This document shows positions 25,968 through 32,905 of a stretch of 32,905 nt of DNA, one piece after another. A program made the position numbers and the translations under genes. Source of the stretch: an uncultured Gemmatimonadaceae bacterium (GTDB lineage Bacteria > Gemmatimonadota > Gemmatimonadetes > Gemmatimonadales > GWC2-71-9); the NCBI GenBank assembly GCA_964459705.1, contig CAYWNR010000002.1, positions 1-32,905 on the forward strand, given 5' to 3'. Numbering within the stretch: position 1 is the first letter of the stretch; each line of letters begins with the position of its first letter. The notes beneath the pieces are model-generated. The model made no database searches. It saw only the letters and a program-made list of their open reading frames with translations, and was not told the DNA's origin.

Positions 25968-27566
25968 TCAGCCGCGCCGACGGATCGGACGCGAGGGCGG
26001 CCGGGACGGCGCCCTACGCGGCGGCGAGACGCGGGCCGGCGGGCGCGACGGAGCGGCACGCGGCGGCGACACGCGAGCCGGTGGGCGCGACGGAGCGCTC
26101 CGGGTTGCCGGCGGCGTGCTGCGCGTTGGAGCGCGCGTCCTCGACGGTGGCGACGCGCTCCGCGTTGGCGTTCGCCGCTGGAGCGCGCCCGACGACGGGT
26201 ACGTGGTGTGACCGGAGCCCACGGTGCCCGAGGACGTGCGCGCGCCGCGCGCTGGAGCTTGGTCGACCGACCGCGGCGTGATCGTACGCAGCCCATTGGG
26301 CGTGCGCGCCTGGCTGGTCGTCGTGGTCCTCCGTCCGGTCACGTTGAGCGACTCGGTCGAGCGCCGGAGGACCTCGTTCGTCGACTCAGGCAGCCGGGCC
26401 GGTGTCACCGTGCGACGACCGCTGGTCGCGGCGCCGGCGGTCCGGTTGGGTGTGCTCGGAGCGGTGGCCCTCGACGCCGGCCGGCGCCCGGAGATCGGCG
26501 GGAGCACCGCCGATCCATCCGACGCGGTCCCGTAGGGACGTCGGGCCTCGAGCGAGCCGGGGGCGCGCTGTGCGGGCCGAGCCGCCGTGGTGCCGATCGT
26601 GCGGCGCGCCGAGCTTGCTGGACCCGCCGAGGACGTGGAAGCGTATCCGCTCGAGCCCACGGTCCGCCGACGCGCCTCTACGCTGCGCGGCTGCAGACCA
26701 TAGCGATCGTCATACGACTTGAACGCGTAGGACGAGCCCCCCGGCGCGAACACATGCCGCATGCGTGACGATCCGCCGGGCACGTAGTACTGCGGTGGGT
26801 AGTAGGCCACCGGGTAGTAGCCGATCGGATAGTAGGGATAGCCGGAGTACCCAGGATACGGCCGGTACCAGGCATCGTACCCGCAGTACCAGTAGTCCCA
26901 GCACGAGGACCAATAGAACGGGTCGTACCAGGGATCGTACCACCCGAAGCCGATGCTGAAGCCGACCCCACGCGACCAGGAATGACCTCGGTAGCCGGTG
27001 TCGTAGAACGAGAGGTGCACGGTCTGGTCGTAATCGCCACCTGCCGCGATGTAGTTTCCGGCGATCTCGTAGCGCGCGACGTCGTAGTCGAACCACCCAC
27101 CGCCGGTGATCTGCTGCACCACGGCCAGCAGGTCGGCTTCGGGGTCGTTGCCAACGCCGAACGCCGCGGCCCGGTAGTCCCAGTGCCGATTGAGCGCCAA
27201 GTTGTCGAACCGGAGCGGATCGCGGGACACGGCCGCCAGCACCACGCCAGGACCGCTGCCGTCGTACACGGTGAAGGCCTCGCGGTCGCCGCGGCTACGA
27301 ATCTCGTAATCGCGGCCGGCGCGGACGAACGCGTCGTCGTCTGGATCGACGGGGAACAGGACCCGGACTCGACCCGACGGCTCGGCGTGCAGAATCAGGA
27401 CGTACCCGTCTATGTTCGTGCGGACGTAGGCTCGAACGCGGTCCATCGGCTCGACGTAGCCCCGTTTGTTGATCCAGACCCGAATGTTGGGGTCCTGGCT
27501 CGGCGACTCGACCGGGGCCGGAGCCACGGTGCCGAGGGCGGTGAGGGCGAGAATGACCGGCAACAT
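25968..27566 (-). CDS. Secreted protein: signal peptide + DUF4384-like domain + Tyr/Trp/Pro-rich segment + long basic Ser/Thr/Pro/Arg-rich repeat tail
   Basis: Signal peptide MLPVILALTALGTVAPAP. VWINKRGYVEPMDRVRAYVRTNIDGYVLILHAEPSGRVRVLFP fits the DUF4384 pattern. Aromatic block WYDPWYDPFYWSSCWDYWYCGYDAWYRPYPGYSGYPYYPIGYYPVAYYPPQYY. The ORF ends just before a strong hairpin. Confidence 0.7.
   Translation of the reverse strand: MLPVILALTALGTVAPAPVESPSQDPNIRVWINKRGYVEPMDRVRAYVRTNIDGYVLILHAEPSGRVRVLFPVDPDDDAFVRAGRDYEIRSRGDREAFTVYDGSGPGVVLAAVSRDPLRFDNLALNRHWDYRAAAFGVGNDPEADLLAVVQQITGGGWFDYDVARYEIAGNYIAAGGDYDQTVHLSFYDTGYRGHSWSRGVGFSIGFGWYDPWYDPFYWSSCWDYWYCGYDAWYRPYPGYSGYPYYPIGYYPVAYYPPQYYVPGGSSRMRHVFAPGGSSYAFKSYDDRYGLQPRSVEARRRTVGSSGYASTSSAGPASSARRTIGTTAARPAQRAPGSLEARRPYGTASDGSAVLPPISGRRPASRATAPSTPNRTAGAATSGRRTVTPARLPESTNEVLRRSTESLNVTGRRTTTTSQARTPNGLRTITPRSVDQAPARGARTSSGTVGSGHTTYPSSGALQRRTPTRSASPPSRTRAPTRSTPPATRSAPSRPPARVSPPRAAPSRPPARVSPPRRAPSRPPSRPIRRRG
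25995..26093. repeat. 42-bp tandem repeat, about 2.4 copies, inside the 3' end of the secreted-protein gene
   Basis: Segments 26010-26051 and 26052-26093 match at 35 of 42 positions by direct alignment. They encode PSRPPARVSPPRRA / PSRPPARVSPPRAA, followed by a partial PSRPP. Confidence 0.7.
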
Positions 27567-27586
27567 GTGCGCCTCCCAGCGTGCTA

Positions 27587-27655
27587 GGTGGGACCGGCCA
27601 TCGGGCCGGAACCACCTGTCCGGTAGGAACTATCGCGAGATGCGTGCCACGCATC
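27587..27655. promoter_or_regulatory. Two stem-loops/palindromes in the divergent intergenic region upstream of yjbQ
   Basis: GGTGG-ga-CCGGCC-atcg-GGCCGG-aa-CCACC (27587-27616) and GATGCGT-gcc-ACGCATC (27639-27655). Function unknown. Confidence 0.25.
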
Positions 27656-27743
27656 AAGTCATTCTACGGTACTCAGTTACGGCTTTACCAGGGGCGGCGT
27701 TCCGTCCTGTTTCGCGGACACTTCGCCCAGGGAGCGGAAACCC

Positions 27744-28169
27744 ATGGGAATGCACACGCACACCCGGCGGTGGACTCTGGACCTCGACGATGAGTTCGGC
27801 CACCGGGATATCACCGCCGAGCTTCACGAAGCTACGGAGGAGTCCGGAATCCACACGGGCATGCTGACGGCCCAGCTCGTTGGCTCCACCGGCGGGCTCA
27901 CCACCATCGAGTACGAGGCCGGAGCCCTCGCCGATCTGCGGCGGGCCCTCGATGCCGTGGCGCCACCGGACGCCGACTACGCCCACAACGCGCGCTGGGG
28001 CGACGGTAACGGGTTCTCCCACGTGCGATCCGCATTGCTGCGAACAAGCCTCACGGTGCCGATCGTGGAGGGACAGCTCATGCTCGGCACGTGGCAGCAA
28101 GTGGTCGCGATCAACTTCGACAATCGTCGCCGGCGGCGAGAGCTGGTGGTCGTCGCGGTTGGGGAATAG
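27744..28169 (+). CDS. yjbQ: YjbQ/UPF0047 family protein (secondary thiamine-phosphate synthase-like)
   Basis: DIT..L......SGI..G.L...V.GSTGGLTTIEYE.GAL.DL, the HN.RWGDGNGFSH.R..LL motif, GTWQ.V....FD. AGGGAG Shine-Dalgarno upstream. Confidence 0.85.
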   Translation: MGMHTHTRRWTLDLDDEFGHRDITAELHEATEESGIHTGMLTAQLVGSTGGLTTIEYEAGALADLRRALDAVAPPDADYAHNARWGDGNGFSHVRSALLRTSLTVPIVEGQLMLGTWQQVVAINFDNRRRRRELVVVAVGE

Positions 28170-28259
28170 GCCATTGCTCCCGCCGTACCTTCGGCTGTGG
28201 GCTCGCGATGCCGAACGGCGGTTTGGCGCGCCCGCGGTGGTACCCGTAGTTTCTCGCTC

Positions 28260-28853
28260 ATGACGATGAGCGATGTCGCCCCACGGTCCGCCGGCACCAA
28301 GCGGACGCTGTTGCGTCTCGCGCGGGCGGCGGTCGCGAGCAGGCTCGCGGGTGGACCGCCGCCGGCGTGGGATCGCGACGACGCGGCGCTCGCGGCGCTC
28401 GGCGCCGCGTTCGTGACCTTCCGCCGCCGCGGGAACGGTGAGCTTCGTGGCTGTCGGGGTGAGCTCGAGGCGCGCCGGGCGGTGGCGGAGTCGGTCCTGG
28501 AGGGAGCACTCGCCGCCGCGTTCCATGACCCGCGGTTCGCACCGGTGACGGCCGCGGAGCTTCCACTGCTGAGCATCGAGATCAGCGTCCTCACGCCGAT
28601 GGTGCCGGCCGCACCGGAGGACGTGGAGCCCGGCCTGCATGGCGTGCTGATCCGAGATCGCGGCCAGGGCGGGCTGCTGCTCCCGCAGGTGGCGACGGAG
28701 TTGGGCTGGAATCGGGAGCAACTGTTGCGGGGGGTGTGTCAGAAGGCGGGACTGCCACCGGACACGTGGCGTCAATCGCCCGACGCGACCCTGTTCGTGT
28801 TCGAGGCCGAAGTCTGGGGGGAGGAAGACGGTGACGCCGGGGAGCGGCCGTGA
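28260..28853 (+). CDS. AMMECR1 domain-containing protein
   Basis: GAAFVTFRR.G.LRGCRG, AAFHDPRFAPV, IEISVLTP, HGVLIRDRGQGGLLLPQVA. I chose the ATG at 28260. The listed GTG at 28197 adds an Arg-rich leader. Confidence 0.85.
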   Translation: MTMSDVAPRSAGTKRTLLRLARAAVASRLAGGPPPAWDRDDAALAALGAAFVTFRRRGNGELRGCRGELEARRAVAESVLEGALAAAFHDPRFAPVTAAELPLLSIEISVLTPMVPAAPEDVEPGLHGVLIRDRGQGGLLLPQVATELGWNREQLLRGVCQKAGLPPDTWRQSPDATLFVFEAEVWGEEDGDAGERP

Positions 28854-28943
28854 ATCGGCTTTGATGAAGCGATCCTCGTGAGCGCGCCCGCGAACGTGGG
28901 GTGGCAGACAGTTTCCGAGAAAAACAGTCGGCGTTACGTACGT

Positions 28944-28984
28944 ATACAAAACAAACCCGCCCGACCCCCAGCCGGTCGGGCGGG
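28944..28984 (-). terminator. Rho-independent terminator for the Lon-like protease transcript
   Basis: An 11-bp perfect GC-rich stem (CCCGCCCGACC / GGTCGGGCGGG, 7-nt loop). On the minus strand it is followed by TTTGTTTTGTAT. Confidence 0.6.
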
Positions 28985-29162
28985 CACTACGGTTGGGCCG
29001 AGGCGTGTGACTGCGGGAGGACCTCCGTGCCCGTTCGGGCGTTCTGCGGAGGCAGGTCACCCTTGATACTCGACCCGAGCGAATGGTAGCCCGGCTGGCG
29101 TGAAGTTTTCGGGAATCCAGTCTTAAGGCGCCATCGGACTCCGGAGCCGAGCGATTCCGCCC

Positions 29163-31601
29163 CTACGCATCGTCGCCGGCCGCCGGTGGGGGCCCCGCGA
29201 AGTCGCGACGAAGCGTGGCGAGGTGGTGCAAGCGCCGTTGCACGCGCTGGCCCAGGGAGCCGTCGGGAAAAACGCCGTCCGCACCGGGCAGCCCGGCGGG
29301 GAGCCCCGTGAGCAGTTCGAGCCCCTGATCCGCGGAATCGATGGCGTAGACGTGGAATTGGCCGCCGCGCACGGCGTCGACCACGTCCTGCCGCAGCATG
29401 AGGTGCTTGACGTTGGTACGGGGGATGATGACGCCCTGCCGGCCGGTCAACCCGCGGATGCCGCAGGTGTCGAAGAATCCCTCGATCTTCTCGTTCACCC
29501 CACCGATAGGCTGGATGTCGCCGTGCTGATTGATGGATCCGGTCACGGCGAGATCCTGCCGGAGTGGGGCGTCGGCGACGGCGGAGAGGAGGGCAAAGAA
29601 CTCCGCGGCGGACGCGCTGTCGCCGTCGATCATGCCGTAGGATTGCTCGAAGACCAGCGTCGCCGACATCGCGAGCGGCTGCTCCATCGCGTAGCGGGCG
29701 CCCAACAAGCCGGCGAGAATGAGCACGCCCTTGGAGTGAATCGGCCCGCTCAACTCGACCTCCCGTTCGATGTTGAGCAGTTCGCCTTCGCCGAGGCGAA
29801 TACGGGCGGTGATCCGGGACGGATGCCCAAACGCGAACGTGCCGTACGACGCGACGGCCAGCCCATTCACCTGGCCGACTCGCGCTCCATCGGTATCAAG
29901 CAGCAGGGTGCCGCGTTGGACCGCTTCGAGGTACCGCTCGCGCGGGCGGTCCGCCCGGTGAATCTGCGCCTCGATGGCGTGCTCGATGTCCACCGCCTGC
30001 ACCGCCGCATGTCCCTCCAGCGTCGCCCAGTAGTCCGCTTCCCGCAGCAGGTCCATGACGATGGCGATCTGGGCCGAGAGCTTGTCGCGATCTTCCACGA
30101 TGCGGCTCGAGTGTTCCATGACGCGGGCGACGGCCGAATGGTGCAGCGGACGGAGGTGCTCCTGTCGGCACAGCGTCGCGAGAAGCTGCGCATAGCGAAG
30201 CGGTTGATCGCCGGTGGCGGGCATGGTCTCGTCGAAGTCCGCCGCGACCTTGAAGTGCTCTATGAAATCGGGGTCCAGCGTGTGCACCAGGTAGTAGAGG
30301 TGCGGGTCGCCCATCAGGACGACCTGCAGGTCCAGCGTGGCGGGCTCCGGGTCGAGGGACACCGTCGTCGCGAGGCCCATGGCCTGGCCCAACGGCTCGA
30401 TGCGGATTTCGCGGTTGCCGAGCGCGCGCTTCAGCGCGTCCCAGGCGTATGGCGCGTGGAGCAGGCGATGCATGTCGAGCAAGAGATAGCCGCCGTTCGC
30501 CCGGTGGAGTGCCCCGGCCTTGATCAACGTGTGGTCGGTGACGAGGGCGCCGAGCTGCGCCGTGTGCTCGATGCGGCCGACGAGGTTGTCGTAGGTGGGG
30601 TTGTCCTCGTAGACGACCGGCGCGCCGGTCGCGCGGGCATTGTCGACCAAGACGCTCACCTCGTACAGCTTGAGCAGGTCGGCGGGTCCCGTGCGTCCCA
30701 TCATCTCGCCCAGCGGTCCCGGAAGCTGCTGGTCGCCGCCCGCGAGTGCACGTGCATGCTCGGTGGCGTGCCGCTGAATCTCATCCAGTTGCCGGCCGAC
30801 ATCCGGCTGCTCGCGGTATTTTTCTCGCAGCTCGGCGAGTGGAGCCTCGAGGGCCAAGGCGGCGACCTCGCGGTTCAGCGTGCGAAGGCGTTCCCGCCGC
30901 TCCCGACTCCAGCGCGGGATCTGGCGCACGGTCTGCTGGACCTCTTCTTCGAGCCGCTCCACGCTGGCTTGTATCCGATTGCGCTCCGCCTCGGGAAGCT
31001 GTGCGACCTGCTCATCGCTCAGGACCTCGTTGTCCCGCACCGGCGCAATGGACAGGCCGCTATCGGAACGCATGAGGGCGAGTCCCTCCTTGCGGGCCAT
31101 CTCACCGATCTCCTGGAGGCGGTGCTCGGGGCGGTCCTTGAACTCGTCGTCGATGGCCTGGCGGCGGCGCTGGTACTCGTCGGATTCGAATGCGGCGGCG
31201 AGCGCCGTGCGGAATTCATCCGATAACCGCTCGATATCGTAGCGCAGCGTCGTCCCCTGCCCGGAAGGGACCCGCAGCAGCCGGGGGCGTCGCGCGTCAT
31301 CGAAATTGTGGACGTAACAGAGGTCCGGCGGCGCCGGCTTCTGGCCGGCGAGCGAGTCGAGGTACTGACGCAAGAACGACCGCTTGCCGGTGCCCGGAGC
31401 GCCGAAGGCAAAGATGTTGAAGCCCTTTCGGCCGATCCCCGTTCCGAATTCGACCGCGGCGGCGGCTCTGGGCTGGCCCACGATGCCGAAGACGTCGGCG
31501 AGCTCGTCGGTGGTCTCGAAGCTGGTGAGGTCGTCGCTGTACTGGCGCCGGAGGTCGGCGGGCGGGACCGCGAAGCGATCCATCAAGGTAGTCTCAGGCA
31601 T
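29163..31601 (-). CDS. Lon-like (LonC/YcbZ-type) protease: AAA-like module with a long helical insertion, plus a C-terminal S16 Ser-Lys protease domain
   Basis: Walker A GAPGTGKRS. A ~300 aa coiled-coil-like insert precedes the Walker-B-like YLLLDM. The protease domain has DGDSASAAEF (Ser) and GGVNEKIEGF (Lys). I chose the ATG at 31601 (MPETTLMDRF). The listed extension to 31763 crosses an AT-rich intergenic stretch and overlaps the gdh start. Confidence 0.85.
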   Translation of the reverse strand: MPETTLMDRFAVPPADLRRQYSDDLTSFETTDELADVFGIVGQPRAAAAVEFGTGIGRKGFNIFAFGAPGTGKRSFLRQYLDSLAGQKPAPPDLCYVHNFDDARRPRLLRVPSGQGTTLRYDIERLSDEFRTALAAAFESDEYQRRRQAIDDEFKDRPEHRLQEIGEMARKEGLALMRSDSGLSIAPVRDNEVLSDEQVAQLPEAERNRIQASVERLEEEVQQTVRQIPRWSRERRERLRTLNREVAALALEAPLAELREKYREQPDVGRQLDEIQRHATEHARALAGGDQQLPGPLGEMMGRTGPADLLKLYEVSVLVDNARATGAPVVYEDNPTYDNLVGRIEHTAQLGALVTDHTLIKAGALHRANGGYLLLDMHRLLHAPYAWDALKRALGNREIRIEPLGQAMGLATTVSLDPEPATLDLQVVLMGDPHLYYLVHTLDPDFIEHFKVAADFDETMPATGDQPLRYAQLLATLCRQEHLRPLHHSAVARVMEHSSRIVEDRDKLSAQIAIVMDLLREADYWATLEGHAAVQAVDIEHAIEAQIHRADRPRERYLEAVQRGTLLLDTDGARVGQVNGLAVASYGTFAFGHPSRITARIRLGEGELLNIEREVELSGPIHSKGVLILAGLLGARYAMEQPLAMSATLVFEQSYGMIDGDSASAAEFFALLSAVADAPLRQDLAVTGSINQHGDIQPIGGVNEKIEGFFDTCGIRGLTGRQGVIIPRTNVKHLMLRQDVVDAVRGGQFHVYAIDSADQGLELLTGLPAGLPGADGVFPDGSLGQRVQRRLHHLATLRRDFAGPPPAAGDDA

Positions 31602-31725
31602 GACGCGAACGTTGGGGTAGTGCCCATGAAAGTACCTTGAAAAAGGACTTAGGAGCCGCGTCGCCATTCCCGTTGCCCAAAGCGGCGTTAGGTTTGGGCT
31701 GTCCTCGAGGCCTCTTGGAGCTTGG

Positions 31726-32905
31726 ATGCCAGCCGAATACCAGTTCACCGAGGAAGTGAACAAGAGTTTCGATCGCGCGGCCGCGTATGTGGACGCCGAT
31801 CCGACCCTCCTCGATCAAGTCAAGCGCAATAACAGCCTCTACCATATCTCATTCCCGCTGCGCCGCGACGATGGATCTATCGAGGTCATCGAGGCGTGGC
31901 GCGCGGAGCACAGTCACCACCGCACGCCGACGAAGGGTGGGTTTCGCTTCAGCCCCAGCGTGAACGCCGACGAAGTGAAGGCGCTCGCGGCCCTGATGAC
32001 GTACAAGTGCGCGGTCGTCAACGTCCCGTTTGGCGGGGCGAAGGGTGGCGTTCGCGTCGACACGCGCAAGTACTCGGAAGCGGAGCTCGAACGCATCACG
32101 CGCCGCTTCACGTACGAGTTGTGGCGCAAGCATTTCATTGGCCCGGCCATCGACGTCCCGGCACCCGACATGGGAACGGGGCCGCGCGAGATGGCGTGGG
32201 TGGCCGACACGTACGCCGCGCTGAGCGGCGCGGAGCTCAACGCCTCGGCCTGCGTGACGGGGAAGCTCGTGACCCAGGGCGGGGTTGCGGGCCGCAACGA
32301 AGCGACGGGCCGCGGCGTGATGTATGGCTTGCGCGAGGCGTGTGGCGTTCCCGAAGACATGAAGCGACTGGGATTGACGCCGGGACTCGACGGCAAACGG
32401 TTCGTGGTGCAGGGTCTGGGGAACGTGGGGTACCACGCCGCCACGTTTCTGATCGAAAACGGGGCCGTGCTCGTCGGTGTCGGAGAAATCCGTGGCGGCA
32501 TCGCGAACCCCAAGGGCATCGACCTCGAAGCCCTCATGGTCCACCGCCGGGAGACCGGAACCGTCATCGGGTTCCCCAGCGCGAAGGATCTACCCACATC
32601 GCTCGCGGCGCTCGAGTTGGATTGTGACCTGTTGGTGCCGGCCGCCCTCGAAAACCAGATCACGATGGAGAACGCGCCCCACATCAAGGCGAAGGTCATC
32701 GGCGAGGGTGCCAACGGCCCGACGACGGACGATGCGGACCAGTTTCTGCGGAAGCGCGGAACGCTGATCGTGCCGGACATCTACCTCAATGCCGGTGGGG
32801 TGACGGTGTCCTACTTCGAGTGGTTGAAGAACCTCCAGCACGTGAGCTTTGGACGCATGGAGAAGCGCTTCGATCAGAGCGCCTACCTCCGGCTGCTCCA
32901 CGCGA
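31726..32905 (+). CDS. gdh: Glutamate dehydrogenase (Glu/Leu/Phe/Val dehydrogenase family, animal GLUD1-like type), 3' end cut by the window edge
   Basis: This gene is not in the ORF track because it has no stop in the window. Translating from the ATG at 31726 gives MPAEYQFTEEVNKSFDRAA...HRTPTKGGFRFSPSVNADEVKALAALMTYKCAVVNVPFGGAKGGVRVD...GLGNVGYH...GEGANGPTT...NAGGVTVSYFEWLKNLQHVSFGRM. GGAG Shine-Dalgarno about 7 nt upstream. Confidence 0.9.
   Translation, partial: MPAEYQFTEEVNKSFDRAAAYVDADPTLLDQVKRNNSLYHISFPLRRDDGSIEVIEAWRAEHSHHRTPTKGGFRFSPSVNADEVKALAALMTYKCAVVNVPFGGAKGGVRVDTRKYSEAELERITRRFTYELWRKHFIGPAIDVPAPDMGTGPREMAWVADTYAALSGAELNASACVTGKLVTQGGVAGRNEATGRGVMYGLREACGVPEDMKRLGLTPGLDGKRFVVQGLGNVGYHAATFLIENGAVLVGVGEIRGGIANPKGIDLEALMVHRRETGTVIGFPSAKDLPTSLAALELDCDLLVPAALENQITMENAPHIKAKVIGEGANGPTTDDADQFLRKRGTLIVPDIYLNAGGVTVSYFEWLKNLQHVSFGRMEKRFDQSAYLRLLHA

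Noticed and set aside
23619-26093. CRISPR array, considered because of the tandem repeats at 23619-23690 and 25995-26093
   Set aside because: The units are contiguous (9 bp and 42 bp) with no unique spacers, and no cas genes are present. These are simple tandem repeats.
25015-26211. 398-aa plus-strand ORF with GGRDGA(L/A)RGG(E/D)TRAGGRDGA repeats
   Set aside because: It is antisense to both the TauE/SafE gene and the tail of the secreted-protein gene. Its repeats are just the reverse reading of the 42-bp repeat, and its composition is extreme (Arg/Gly/Asp).
28985-29162. Possible tRNA or small RNA gene in the ~310-bp gap between the AMMECR1 gene and the Lon-like gene
   Set aside because: I could not fold a cloverleaf, and there is no GTTCGAATC-type T-arm with an acceptor stem on either strand. 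It is kept only as a possible structured 3' UTR, under the Lon-like protease finding.
29223-31226. 667-aa plus-strand ORF across the Lon-like protease locus
   Set aside because: It is antisense to a frame with Walker A and an S16 Ser-Lys dyad, and has no recognisable features. The same reasoning applies to 21039-22178, 11793-13133, 13837-14742, 17752-18750 and 27654-29060.
31602-31763. 54-codon N-terminal extension of the Lon-like protease ORF
   Set aside because: It crosses the only AT-rich (intergenic-looking) stretch in the area and would overlap the divergent gdh start at 31726. Homology begins near MPETTLMDRF.

Overview
This is a very GC-rich bacterial chromosomal segment, by eye about two-thirds or more G+C. 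Long antisense shadow ORFs are abundant in the track and were discounted. I support about 27 protein-coding genes, one gene remnant, two short tandem repeats and a few hairpins. I saw no rRNA, tRNA, CRISPR array, transposase or integrase.

Gene content, left to right:
- A 5'-truncated hybrid histidine kinase (PAS-HisKA-HATPase-REC-REC-Hpt), whose stop overlaps the start of the next gene.
- A GspE/PilB-type secretion ATPase with a C-terminal receiver domain, then a small membrane protein and a single prepilin.
- A CDF metal transporter coupled by an ATGA overlap to a GH20 beta-N-acetylhexosaminidase with a PA14 domain.
- Two hypotheticals, then idi and a YkoF/MTH1187-like protein.
- A glycogen block on the minus strand: glgP, glgA and a truncated GH57 remnant.
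- A small zinc-ribbon ORF and pdxH.
- A divergent pair: a Ddl-like ATP-grasp ligase and a cytoplasmic C39-like cysteine peptidase.
- A long-chain-alcohol-oxidase-like GMC oxidoreductase.
- A same-strand set: TauE/SafE exporter, VC1184-type class V PLP enzyme, Rieske::FMN-reductase fusion and a TPP-dependent enzyme.
- A secreted protein with an aromatic-rich core and a basic repeat tail.
- yjbQ, an AMMECR1 protein and a LonC/YcbZ-like protease.
- A 3'-truncated animal-type glutamate dehydrogenase.

The best candidates for something undescribed are:
1. The phosphorelay-to-secretion-ATPase module.
2. The TauE/PLP/Rieske-flavoprotein/TPP module. Its 102-nt spacer is a 9-bp x8 repeat. The spacer is open and in frame between two genes, and it is G-quadruplex-prone on the sense strand.
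3. The ATP-grasp/C39-like pair.

All functional calls come from motifs read by eye. No database search was run.
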